A DNA stretch of 62,480 nucleotides, from positions 1 to 62,480 of IMG/VR virus record IMGVR_UViG_3300047276_000715; one strand, 5' to 3'. How positions within the stretch are numbered: position 1 is the stretch's first letter; every line of letters begins with the position of its first letter. The stretch comes from a virus (taxonomy: Duplodnaviria; Caudoviricetes). Below are positions 1 through 7,930 of the stretch, one piece after another. The position numbers and the translations under genes are program-made. Under the pieces are notes generated by a model. That model ran no database searches, was not told the origin of the DNA, and saw only the letters and a list, made by a program, of their open reading frames with translations.

Positions 1-1
1 T

Positions 2-211
2 GCTGCTGTTGCTGCTGCTAATGCTGCTTGGGCCGCTGCTACTGCTGTTGATGCTGCTCGGGCTGCTGTTGATGCTGCTGATGATGCTGCTGCTGCTGCT
101 TGGGCTGCTGCTCGGGCTGCTGCTGCTCGGGCTGATGCCCGCCTGCGGCAGCGCGACCTGCTGCTGCGTTTGATTGCTGAAGCTCCTGTTGTAGAGAACA
201 CCAATGATTGA
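2..211 (+). CDS. Partial (5'-truncated) Ala/Trp-repeat phage protein
   Basis: Frame 2 reads AAVAAANAAWAAATAVDAARAA...RQRDLLLRLIAEAPVVENTND*; overlaps the next ATG at 204. Confidence 0.7.
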   Translation, partial: AAVAAANAAWAAATAVDAARAAVDAADDAAAAAWAAARAAAARADARLRQRDLLLRLIAEAPVVENTND

Positions 212-875
212 CCCCATCCGCGACCTGTTGATCAGCCTGGCGTTACACATGGCCTACATGCAAGGCCAGCTAGAGGCGCGTCATGAGCTGGACGATCCCG
301 AGGACTATTACTGGTACCGCGAATCCGTCCTGTTGCGGCAGAAGGTGACGGATGCCTTGGCAGATGAACCGGCTGTGCCGCAAGGCAGGGAGCCGGCCTC
401 TGTCACTGGGCAGCCTAGCGATGAGGAGCTGGGCTTGATCTACCACGACTTTTGCCGTGGCTGCGAGTTCATGGATCAAGTCGGCTTTGAAGATGCCGCC
501 CGCGCCGTGCTTACCCGCTGGGGTAACCCTGCGCCGCAGCTGCCTACTGATGGGGAGGTGGCGGAAGTGATGGGTCTGTTTCGGCATTGGGCCGAGGCTT
601 ATCCAGACAGCGTGACAGTGGACCCCTACTGGCTTACCCGCGCCGCCGATCTACTCCAGCGCCTGAGCCCACCGCAGCCGGTGCCGGTGAGTGAGCGGCC
701 CTGGGAGCGCGAGGGATGGTGTGATAAGAGGGGCATGTGCTGGGCGTGGAATTGGGGTATTTGCAACTGGTGGGAATGGGTTGATTCCAAGCTTATTTCA
801 TATTCTTCCGAAGACTACACTCACTGCCTCCCCGCCCACGCCCTGCCAATTCCTTCAGTGGAGAAGTCAAAATGA
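204..875 (+). CDS. Hypothetical protein, DUF551-like C-terminus
   Basis: 223 aa ORF; PVPVSERPW...CWAW...THCLPAHALP motif typical of phage accessory proteins. Confidence 0.7.
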   Translation: MIDPIRDLLISLALHMAYMQGQLEARHELDDPEDYYWYRESVLLRQKVTDALADEPAVPQGREPASVTGQPSDEELGLIYHDFCRGCEFMDQVGFEDAARAVLTRWGNPAPQLPTDGEVAEVMGLFRHWAEAYPDSVTVDPYWLTRAADLLQRLSPPQPVPVSERPWEREGWCDKRGMCWAWNWGICNWWEWVDSKLISYSSEDYTHCLPAHALPIPSVEKSK

Positions 876-1381
876 GCAGTCGGATTACGCTTTGCCCCGT
901 GTGGCTTGGCGAGCTTCTTGCAGTTGATGCTGCATCTACCACCTGGCTTACATGGATCAAGAAGCCAGCTTCCTGTAGCCCGATTCGTGTTGGTAATGAG
1001 GCAGGAAGCATTGGCTCAGCGGGCTATTACAGAATCAAAATGCGGAACAGGACTTATCTCAACCACCGAATCATCTGGGCCTTATCTACTGGCCATGACC
1101 CTGGTGCCTATCAAATTGATCACATTGATGGAAATAGGACAAACAACGACCCCGGCAACTTGCGACTAGCTAGTCACAGGCTCAATAGCCAAAACAAAAT
1201 CAATAGATCACGCTACGGCATAGGAGTCAAATTTCGGGATGGCAAGTATCAGGCCAGGATCAGGATTGATGGCAAGTTGATTCACTTGGGCACTTTTGAC
1301 AGTGCCGAGTCAGCATCCGCCGCCTATCAATCGGCGGCTGCGTGCCTGCCGCTGCCTGGGCAGGAGGTAAGCAATGACTGA
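872..1381 (+). CDS. HNH homing endonuclease with AP2-like C-terminal domain
   Basis: HRIIW, IDHIDGNRTNNDPGNLRLA, YQARIRIDGKLIHLGTFDSAESA motifs. Confidence 0.9.
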   Translation: MSSRITLCPVWLGELLAVDAASTTWLTWIKKPASCSPIRVGNEAGSIGSAGYYRIKMRNRTYLNHRIIWALSTGHDPGAYQIDHIDGNRTNNDPGNLRLASHRLNSQNKINRSRYGIGVKFRDGKYQARIRIDGKLIHLGTFDSAESASAAYQSAAACLPLPGQEVSND

Positions 1382-1610
1382 ACCGCTTTGGAAAGTATTG
1401 GAAACTGCTTACTTTAAAGGTCGTTCACCAGGGTTTGCAGAAGGTCCAGGTTATGCTGCTGAAATCCGTGCTTTACGCGATTGGTTGATTCCAAACCTTA
1501 AAGCTCCTGGGCCTAAAGCAACAGATGATGCTTATGCTATTTGGGAAGAACGTAAAGCTTTATATGTTTTGCTTACTACTGAAGCAGAACGTGCTGAAAA
1601 GCAACTTTAA
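1374..1610 (+). CDS. Hypothetical protein
   Basis: 78 aa ORF, GGAGG RBS upstream, overlaps end of HNH gene. Confidence 0.7.
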   Translation: MTEPLWKVLETAYFKGRSPGFAEGPGYAAEIRALRDWLIPNLKAPGPKATDDAYAIWEERKALYVLLTTEAERAEKQL

Positions 1611-1630
1611 TTTTTTATTTACAAACAACA

Positions 1631-2359
1631 ATGATTGATCCACTTTTTAAAGTTTCCCTAATTGCTGCTACACCTAATCCACAGCAATGTATTTATGCAG
1701 CAATGCACCAAGATTATTGCGAAGAGTTTGTTTCTGATTTAAAAGAATCATGGCCAGATGAAACCAAGGCTGGTGAAATCTGCGTCAAACGTCTACTTGC
1801 TGGTGAGCGCGGTCATTATGGTCCACTGGAGCACGCGCAAATTGTACTTAATATTGGTTGGTTTCCACATTCGGTGATGCAGCAAGCACGCACTCACAGA
1901 GTTGGGGTAAGTTTTGATGTTCAATCAATGCGTTACACTGGTCAACGAATTTGCGATGCCGCAGAAAGCAAGATCCCCCTTGACCAAGTTTTCTATCTTC
2001 GCCCTGTAGGCGAATACGCTGATCGCAAAGGTAAAAAGTACACATACACCTGGGAAGATAGAGCTGTAGACCTTGATCTGTGTCTAGAAGCTGCCTGGCG
2101 TTACAAGAATTTAATTGATATGGGATATGCAGAAGAACATGCTCGTGGCATTCTTCCTTTTGACTACCGGCAACATTTTGTAATGAGCCTTAGCTTGCGT
2201 GCTTTCCTGCATTTCATGGATCTACGCGCCAAGCTTGATGCGCAAGAGGAGATTCGTCATCTGTGTGATTTAATGTGGCCCCATTTTTGCGAATGGACTC
2301 CAGAAATTGCTGCCTGGTACGAAAAAACCAGGCTTCATCGTGCCCGCCTTGCTCCGTAA
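1631..2359 (+). CDS. thyX: FAD-dependent thymidylate synthase
   Basis: GHYGPLEH, QQARTHR...SFDVQSMRY, ARGILP, R..LDAQEEIR motifs. Confidence 0.95.
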   Translation: MIDPLFKVSLIAATPNPQQCIYAAMHQDYCEEFVSDLKESWPDETKAGEICVKRLLAGERGHYGPLEHAQIVLNIGWFPHSVMQQARTHRVGVSFDVQSMRYTGQRICDAAESKIPLDQVFYLRPVGEYADRKGKKYTYTWEDRAVDLDLCLEAAWRYKNLIDMGYAEEHARGILPFDYRQHFVMSLSLRAFLHFMDLRAKLDAQEEIRHLCDLMWPHFCEWTPEIAAWYEKTRLHRARLAP

Positions 2360-2369
2360 CCTATTTATC

Positions 2370-2398
2370 TTGACAAAGCGGCAAGTCCCGCCTAGGGT
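2370..2398 (+). promoter_or_regulatory. Sigma70-type promoter for ssb
   Basis: TTGACA-17 nt-TAGGGT. Confidence 0.7.
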
Positions 2399-2511
2399 GA
2401 ACCAGTCGCAATCAAACGCAGTCATTGTGTTTTTTGCGGCAACAGCAAGAACTAGATTTCTTGCTTACAAAATAACACACTTTACGTCGGGCATTTAAGC
2501 CCGAAACTTCA

Positions 2512-2904
2512 ATGCTTACACTTGTCGCCAACGGCTATGTGACCGGCGAGGTCAAAGCAGAAGAAACTGATTACGGTCGTCGTGCTGTCGTCAGTATTCG
2601 TGCAAAAACCACGAACGGAAAACAGTCTCACTTTGTCAATGCCGCTTTTTATGGCAAAAAGATTGAGACCGTGACAAGGTTCATGGAGGATGGTCGCCTC
2701 GTTACCATTGTTGGTTCCGTCAAGACCATTGCCAACAAAACCAAGAAGGACGGCACGGAATACGTTGCAATCTACATGGATGCAACCGATTTCACCCTCC
2801 CCGAGCGACAGTCTGAAGAGCCGATGCCTAGTCAGCGTCGATCAACCCCAGCTCCAGCTCGAAACCAGCCTCAGGAGCCCGACGAAGACGACGTTCCGTT
2901 CTGA
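2512..2904 (+). CDS. ssb: Single-stranded DNA-binding protein
   Basis: OB-fold-like N-terminus; acidic C-terminal tail ending DEDDVPF. Confidence 0.9.
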   Translation: MLTLVANGYVTGEVKAEETDYGRRAVVSIRAKTTNGKQSHFVNAAFYGKKIETVTRFMEDGRLVTIVGSVKTIANKTKKDGTEYVAIYMDATDFTLPERQSEEPMPSQRRSTPAPARNQPQEPDEDDVPF

Positions 2905-3105
2905 TCGCCCTGGCGAACAGTGGCAGACGATTCCTGCCATGCTGATTTGCCTCCCAGCGTCAAAGCCTCTACTGCTCGGCCCATGCGGTAGATCAAGGAA
3001 ACGGCGCAGAAGAAACTGGGTCTCGTCTGAGAGCAAGGTGGCGCCAGCCCCCGCATGTGGCCTCTGGGCCTTGCCAAGGCGAATCGAGTTGTAAGACCAG
3101 GACTT
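2905..3105 (+). ncRNA. Candidate structured RNA downstream of ssb
   Basis: GC-rich intergenic tract with consecutive stems (TGGCAG/CTGCCA, TCTACTGC/GCGGTAGA, GCAAGG/CCTTGC, CTGGGTCT/AGACCAG) ending at a terminator. Confidence 0.45.
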
Positions 3106-3106
3106 G

Positions 3107-3132
3107 AAGGCCTCCGAAAGGAGGCTTTCTTG
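3107..3132 (+). terminator. Rho-independent terminator
   Basis: GGCCTCC-GAAA-GGAGGCT followed by T-tract. Confidence 0.85.
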
Positions 3133-3153
3133 TGTAAATCATCAATCTAGGAA

Positions 3154-3420
3154 ATGAGCTTCAATCCACTTGACTTGGCAATTGAGGAACTTTCCTTCTA
3201 TAGGAAACTTGGAGCAACGCCAAGGGGCTGGCTTATTGGAACCGCCGCACTAATTGAACTTAACTCGCGGTCTAGGCGCACTGACAACTATTTCCTGTCA
3301 ATGTCAGGGGCTACTTCCCCCACTACGCCTGGCTCAATCTCCTGTCTTTTTGGTTTTCCTGTTTTGGGCATTGCCGATCTTCCTTTTCAAGTTAAATTGG
3401 TTTTGGATGACGCGCAATGA
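3154..3420 (+). CDS. Hypothetical protein
   Basis: 88 aa ORF with AGGA RBS; ATGA overlap with next gene. Confidence 0.65.
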   Translation: MSFNPLDLAIEELSFYRKLGATPRGWLIGTAALIELNSRSRRTDNYFLSMSGATSPTTPGSISCLFGFPVLGIADLPFQVKLVLDDAQ

Positions 3421-3956
3421 GACAGCTTATTGCTATTTACGCCTCTGCTCCTCGATCCGGCAAAAGCACTATTGCTAGTATTCTCGATAAAAAACATGGC
3501 TTCAAGGTAATTTCATTTGCAGCACCAATAAAATACACTAATGCTTATTTGCTGATGAAGCTTGGCTACAGCGAAAGCAAAGCGCATAGACTTGTTCACG
3601 TAGACAAGGAAGAGGTGATTCCCGAACTTGGCGTAACCTCAAGATATATTCAGCAAAAACTCGGAACAGACTGGGGAAGAAATATGATCGCAGATGATTT
3701 CTGGGTTAAAATTGCAAAAGTCAATATATTAAAGCATGAGCGATGCGTTATTGATGATCTGCGGCATCCGAATGAAGCGCTAATGATAAGAAGTCTTGGC
3801 GGAAAGATTTGGCGCGTACAAAGGGATTCTGCGCTCTACAGTGGAATGCACAAATCGGAAGGGCTTTTAGACAATATGGAGTTTGACAAAGTAATCCTGA
3901 ACAATTCATGTTTGAATAATCTAGAGCAGGTGGTTGCTTCACTTATCGAAAACTAA
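3417..3956 (+). CDS. Deoxynucleoside monophosphate kinase
   Basis: P-loop APRSGKST, SFAAPIK, RYIQQKLGTDWGR, IDDLRHPNE, HKSE motifs. Confidence 0.9.
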   Translation: MRQLIAIYASAPRSGKSTIASILDKKHGFKVISFAAPIKYTNAYLLMKLGYSESKAHRLVHVDKEEVIPELGVTSRYIQQKLGTDWGRNMIADDFWVKIAKVNILKHERCVIDDLRHPNEALMIRSLGGKIWRVQRDSALYSGMHKSEGLLDNMEFDKVILNNSCLNNLEQVVASLIEN

Positions 3957-3957
3957 A

Positions 3958-4695
3958 ATGCTTGGCGATAAAAACGATCTTTTCTATGGCGCTCGCCTTG
4001 TCGCTGATGCAAGGCTGCACCTCGGAACCGTGATCAACGGAGAGGCCTCTGAGGTCTTTTTTGTGACAATGTGCAAAATAATAGATGAAAAGGTTTATTT
4101 AGGCTATAGAACATTTACCAATAAGGAAATCAAACTCAGCGGTGCGAAGGACTTTTTGTTTAACGTCAGCTACGGCCTTGGAATAAAAAGAATAACGCTT
4201 GCAACTTTTCTTGCAAATTCAGCAAAAGCAGCAGTAAAAGATAAAACACAGCAGCAGTGTGCAGTAAAGTTTACAAGATGGCTTGCCGAACAGCATGAAG
4301 GATTTGACTTTCCTCAAGAGTTTTTTGAGTATCTTAGAATAAAATACTACTTAAAGAAAAAGTACAAAAACACAAATCGCGATAAATATAGAAGGCTCTA
4401 CTTGCTTGATAAGGTTTACAATCAATATCCACATTTACTTGAACAGGTAGGCGCAGATAAAAAGTACAAGGATATTTTTGACTGTGCTCAAGACATTGGC
4501 ATTTGGGAAAGAAAGAAAAAACTTCGGCCAATCAGTCTTTACATCAACCCAACCGCTGACCAAGTTAGGCGACTTGCAGAAGACCTGAGCCTTCGGCTTG
4601 ACAGATTTGAAAGAAGAACCTTGATTGCTAGACTGATTGAGATTTACAAGCAAGAGGCTGCTGACAATGACGACCAGCGCGATGGAGACGCTTGA
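3958..4695 (+). CDS. Hypothetical protein
   Basis: About 245 aa basic ORF, tightly packed in the operon. Confidence 0.75.
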   Translation: MLGDKNDLFYGARLVADARLHLGTVINGEASEVFFVTMCKIIDEKVYLGYRTFTNKEIKLSGAKDFLFNVSYGLGIKRITLATFLANSAKAAVKDKTQQQCAVKFTRWLAEQHEGFDFPQEFFEYLRIKYYLKKKYKNTNRDKYRRLYLLDKVYNQYPHLLEQVGADKKYKDIFDCAQDIGIWERKKKLRPISLYINPTADQVRRLAEDLSLRLDRFERRTLIARLIEIYKQEAADNDDQRDGDA

Positions 4696-5212
4696 AAATT
4701 GCGCTGATCAGTCTTACTGCTTCTTTGTCTCCGGCAACCCAAAAACACAGGGCTCGAAGCGGGCCTTTGGTCGCGCCTACACCGACAAGACAGGCCGTCA
4801 GCGCGTTGCTGTGACCATGGTTGAGCAGGCCACCGGCCTTCATCCCTGGCGGGATCTGATCGGGCGCATAGCAACCCTGCTGCGCCCCTCGGACTGGAAG
4901 CAATCAGGTCTTTTTGTTCTTACAGCAGTATTTTATATGCCACGTCCTAAGTATCATTTTAATAGCAAGGGACAACTTAAGCCATCAGCCCCAACTTTTC
5001 ACGCACACAAAGGAGATGCCGATAAACTCTTGAGAGCATGTGGCGATGCGTTGACAAAAATTTGCTACGAGGATGATGGCATGGTCATTGCTACCTCCTC
5101 CGTGAAGCTTTTTTGCGATCCGGCTGACGGGCCTGGGGTTTTCATCAGGATCTCGCGGCTTTCCGAAGAAAAAGCTGCCCTTGCGGTCCGTGATCACTGG
5201 AATGACGACTAA
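4667..5212 (+). CDS. rusA: RusA-like Holliday junction resolvase
   Basis: PKTQGSKR, FYMPRPK, DADKLLRACGDALT...EDD motifs. Confidence 0.88.
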   Translation: MTTSAMETLENCADQSYCFFVSGNPKTQGSKRAFGRAYTDKTGRQRVAVTMVEQATGLHPWRDLIGRIATLLRPSDWKQSGLFVLTAVFYMPRPKYHFNSKGQLKPSAPTFHAHKGDADKLLRACGDALTKICYEDDGMVIATSSVKLFCDPADGPGVFIRISRLSEEKAALAVRDHWNDD

Positions 5213-5216
5213 AGGC

Positions 5217-5245
5217 TTGCAAGCTCCCGCTCGGTGTGCTAACTT
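5217..5245 (+). promoter_or_regulatory. Sigma70-type promoter for AbrB-like gene
   Basis: TTGCAA-17 nt-TAACTT with TG extension. Confidence 0.55.
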
Positions 5246-5269
5246 TCACAAGTCAGCCACCCCGCCTTT

Positions 5270-5818
5270 ATGGCACGCAAAAAGCAGGACGCCGAAATCG
5301 TCCTCGACCCCACCCAGCTTGATTCTGAAATGACCACCGAAACCGCCACCGTCGAAACCGCAGCAGAAGAGACCGCGAAGCCCGCGAAAATCAAGACTGT
5401 CGGCGAGAAGAAGACCGGCCAAGCCCTGCTTGATTACGCTCAGGCAAACCAAGGTGCCAATGGTGATGACCTCGCCTTCGGCGCTGGTTACTACACCGAA
5501 ATCACCGATCCCGAAACCGGCGAAACCCAGACCCGGATTCACAAGAACGAGTTCTTTAAGAAGCTGGCCGAAGCATCTGCCGGCATTGAAATTCCCGATG
5601 CTCGTCGCAGCTACGCCAGCCGTCGCAACCGTGCTCCCGTCATCAAAGTTGGCAAGGGCGGCAACTGTGTTGTCGGTTCACGTCACAGCGCCATTGCTGG
5701 TTTTGAGCCCGGCAGCCGTGTTCAAGTGACCGCCGAGGCCGGTCGCATCATTCTCACCCCGTTCGAGGGCAGTGCTGAAGATGCTGAGGTCGAAGGCGAC
5801 GACGAAATGGATCTGTGA
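5270..5818 (+). CDS. Cyanobacterial-type AbrB-like (cyAbrB) DNA-binding protein
   Basis: TGQALL...GAGYY...EFFKKLAEA...VGKGGNCVVGSRH...GFEPG...IIL matches the cyAbrB pattern (LTGKALL...CGYY...FY.ALL...NGQIVIG..Y...GL.PGDEF). Confidence 0.75.
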   Translation: MARKKQDAEIVLDPTQLDSEMTTETATVETAAEETAKPAKIKTVGEKKTGQALLDYAQANQGANGDDLAFGAGYYTEITDPETGETQTRIHKNEFFKKLAEASAGIEIPDARRSYASRRNRAPVIKVGKGGNCVVGSRHSAIAGFEPGSRVQVTAEAGRIILTPFEGSAEDAEVEGDDEMDL

Positions 5819-5839
5819 TTGATCGCTGATCTGTCAACT

Positions 5840-5866
5840 GCCCCGCTTCGGCGGGGCTTTTCTTTT
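5840..5866 (+). terminator. Rho-independent terminator
   Basis: GCCCCGC-TTCG-GCGGGGC-TTTTCTTTT. Confidence 0.9.
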
Positions 5867-5872
5867 ACCGAA

Positions 5873-6274
5873 ATGAACACACTCTACGAACAGGCCCTTG
5901 CGTGGCGCGAGGCCTTTGAGGTTCAAAGCGATAGCTCAAAAGGCAGCCCTCAGTTCAATCTTCAAATTGCTTTGATCGTTGAAGAATACCGCGAAGTGAT
6001 CGAAGCTTTTGTTGAGTACGACGAAACCGATCAGGCAACAAAGGAGCACTTGCTCAAGGAGCTTGCTGATCTTGTTTTTGTTTGCTATCAAGCAGCGGCA
6101 AACATGGGATGGGATCTTGACAAGGCGATGAAAATGGTATTTGACAGTAACATGACAAAGCTGGTCAACGGTTCTCCTGTTAGAAACGAAATGGGTAAGG
6201 TGATGAAGGGGCCTTTCTACTCTCCCCCTGACCTCACGAGCCTGATCGCGGAAGGCGAAGAGAGCCCTGCCTGA
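5873..6274 (+). CDS. MazG-like / PRA-PH nucleotide pyrophosphohydrolase
   Basis: LIVEEYRE...KELADLVFV...SNMTKL...GKVMKGPFYSPPDL. Confidence 0.88.
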   Translation: MNTLYEQALAWREAFEVQSDSSKGSPQFNLQIALIVEEYREVIEAFVEYDETDQATKEHLLKELADLVFVCYQAAANMGWDLDKAMKMVFDSNMTKLVNGSPVRNEMGKVMKGPFYSPPDLTSLIAEGEESPA

Positions 6275-6280
6275 GACGCC

Positions 6281-6448
6281 ATGACGGACTCCGAGGTTGA
6301 TGCAGTCATCAATGCTTGCTGGGACAAGGAAGCGCCCCTGGAGGCGAACCTGAGGGCGATCGTGCGTGCCTCGGCCTGCTACGGCTGGCGGTGCTCCCAG
6401 GTCGCCAGGTGGATCGAGGTTCACTCATTGCGCCAATTTGGCAATTAA
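6281..6448 (+). CDS. Hypothetical protein (55 aa, below ORF-track cutoff)
   Basis: MTDSEVDAVINACWDKEAPLEANLRAIVRASACYGWR... fills the gap to the tRNAs. Confidence 0.55.
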   Translation: MTDSEVDAVINACWDKEAPLEANLRAIVRASACYGWRCSQVARWIEVHSLRQFGN

Positions 6449-6459
6449 GCCAATTCAAT

Positions 6460-6543
6460 GGAGGCATGGCGGAATTGGTAGACGCAACGGACTTAAAATC
6501 CGTAAGCTGTAAAGCTGTGGGGGTTCAACTCCCCCTGCCTCTA
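6460..6543 (+). tRNA. tRNA-Leu (anticodon TAA)
   Basis: Acceptor GGAGGCA/TGCCTCT, anticodon arm ACGGA-CTTAAAA-TCCGT, long variable arm, GGTTCAAC T-loop; CCA not encoded. Confidence 0.95.
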
Positions 6544-6545
6544 TT

Positions 6546-6618
6546 GGGGGATTAGCTATCTGGTGAAAGCGTTCGACTCATAATCGAAACTAGGCTGGTT
6601 CGATCCCAGTATCCCCTA
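6546..6618 (+). tRNA. tRNA with CAT anticodon (Ile2/lysidine or elongator Met)
   Basis: Acceptor GGGGGAT/ATCCCCT, TTCGA-CTCATAA-TCGAA, GGTTCGATCC; identity ambiguous. Confidence 0.9.
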
Positions 6619-6862
6619 CTGAATTTTCCTCTATAAAGCTCATATACTTGCTAAGCGAAAACTCTTCGCTCATATTTTTTGCTGCTTCCATTATTGCAAA
6701 GTGCGCTCGGCTGTTGTTGTAAGAAGCCTGATGGCTGAGAAGAAGCGCCATTTCAAGCAAGCCTCGATAGTCGCCCTTTGTAAATAGTTCCTTCAGCTTT
6801 CGTGAGTTAAGCGTCTCCTGAAGCTCGTCTTCGGGGCGATAGCTTAAATCGGACATGCTCAT
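6590..6862 (-). CDS. Hypothetical protein; 3' end overlaps tRNA antisense
   Basis: MSMSDLSYRPEDELQ...SVGDTGIEPA*. Confidence 0.6.
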   Translation of the reverse strand: MSMSDLSYRPEDELQETLNSRKLKELFTKGDYRGLLEMALLLSHQASYNNSRAHFAIMEAAKNMSEEFSLSKYMSFIEENSVGDTGIEPA

Positions 6863-6874
6863 CAATGGCAGACC

Positions 6875-7045
6875 ATGAACGAGCCTAACGGGCCATGGCT
6901 TGAAAGTCCATGCGAGGAAAATGGATGGAAATGGCGTGTTTACGGAATTGGCATGATGTGGGATCATGAACAGGAGTGGCAGGCCAGATGGAAACTGCAC
7001 TCAATGCAAGTCTCTGCTGGAACCCTCAAGGACAATGGCCAATGA
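6875..7045 (+). CDS. Hypothetical Trp-rich protein (56 aa)
   Basis: MNEPNGPWLESPCEENGWKWRVYGIGMMWDHEQEWQARW...; overlaps sigma start. Confidence 0.55.
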   Translation: MNEPNGPWLESPCEENGWKWRVYGIGMMWDHEQEWQARWKLHSMQVSAGTLKDNGQ

Positions 7046-7922
7046 CTCAGTGAGCATCTATCTGAACGCAATTGGCAAATATCCGTTGCTCACTAAATCG
7101 CAAGAAGTCCTTCTTGGCAGCCAGATTCAAGCCTGGATCGCGATACGGTCGAAAGACCGCTCCACCTATACACATGAAGACAAAATAGTCGAAAGGCTTG
7201 GCAAAAGAGCAAAAGATAAGTTCGTTACATGCAACCTGAGACTTGTTGTAAATATAGCAAAAAAGTATGCAAGGTACTGCAAGACTCTTGACTTGATGGA
7301 TTTAGTTCAGGAAGGAAATATTGGACTGATTAGAGCAGTAGAAAAGTTTGACCCTACACGAGGCTATGCAATGAGCACTTATGCCTACTGGTGGATCAGA
7401 CAGTCAATTCAACGTGCCATTCAATTTGGCGACCTGACAATTCGCCTTTCAATCAATGTTCACGAAGCTATTGCAAAAATTAAAAAAACAATTGAAGAAT
7501 TATCTAGGGAAACTGGAGTAGATCCAACGCTTGAAGAAGTTGCAGAAGCATCTGGCATCGAACTTAACGAGATTAAGCTGATACTTGCTGCCCCAAAAAC
7601 CACTTTTAGCCTTGATAAACGCATTGGCGGCCAAGAAGATGGACTGAATATCATGGAGACAATTCCCGACGAGAAAAACTTAAACACACTTGAGGAGATT
7701 GAGCTAGAGACAAACATGGCCGATATGACTTTTGCGGTAAACAACTATCTTGACGAGAAAACCAAAACAGTGATTCTTTCCAGAAACCAAGAAACGCCTA
7801 TTCCCTGGAAAAAACTCAGCAAGGAGATGGGCGTCTCCATCGAAAAACTTCAGGCGATGGAAAAAGATGGCATAAAAAAATGCTCAATGTTGTTGAGCAT
7901 TAAAAGAAAATTGAGCATCTAA
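7035..7922 (+). CDS. RNA polymerase sigma-70 family factor (RpoD-like)
   Basis: YLNAIGKYPLLT, NLRLVVNIAKKY, DLVQEGNIGLIRAVEKFDPTRGY, STYAYWWIRQ. Confidence 0.95.
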   Translation: MANDSVSIYLNAIGKYPLLTKSQEVLLGSQIQAWIAIRSKDRSTYTHEDKIVERLGKRAKDKFVTCNLRLVVNIAKKYARYCKTLDLMDLVQEGNIGLIRAVEKFDPTRGYAMSTYAYWWIRQSIQRAIQFGDLTIRLSINVHEAIAKIKKTIEELSRETGVDPTLEEVAEASGIELNEIKLILAAPKTTFSLDKRIGGQEDGLNIMETIPDEKNLNTLEEIELETNMADMTFAVNNYLDEKTKTVILSRNQETPIPWKKLSKEMGVSIEKLQAMEKDGIKKCSMLLSIKRKLSI

Positions 7923-7930
7923 CGCAGTAG

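Noticed and set aside
1-140. GCT microsatellite as a non-coding repeat or contingency locus
   Set aside because: It is the coding sequence of an Ala-rich (AAW/AAR) protein tail in frame 2.
3016-3100. Hammerhead ribozyme or glycine/TPP riboswitch
   Set aside because: CTGAGA and GCGAAT resemble core motifs, but the CUGANGA/GAAA three-way junction and the riboswitch downstream consensus elements are missing.
5873-6274. Z-genome (2-aminoadenine) pathway as in cyanophage S-2L
   Set aside because: Only a MazG-like gene is present; no PurZ/adenylosuccinate synthetase-like or HD-domain DatZ ORF was recognised.
6460-6618. attP site or prophage boundary at the tRNAs
   Set aside because: No integrase, no duplicated tRNA 3' end and no host genes on either side.
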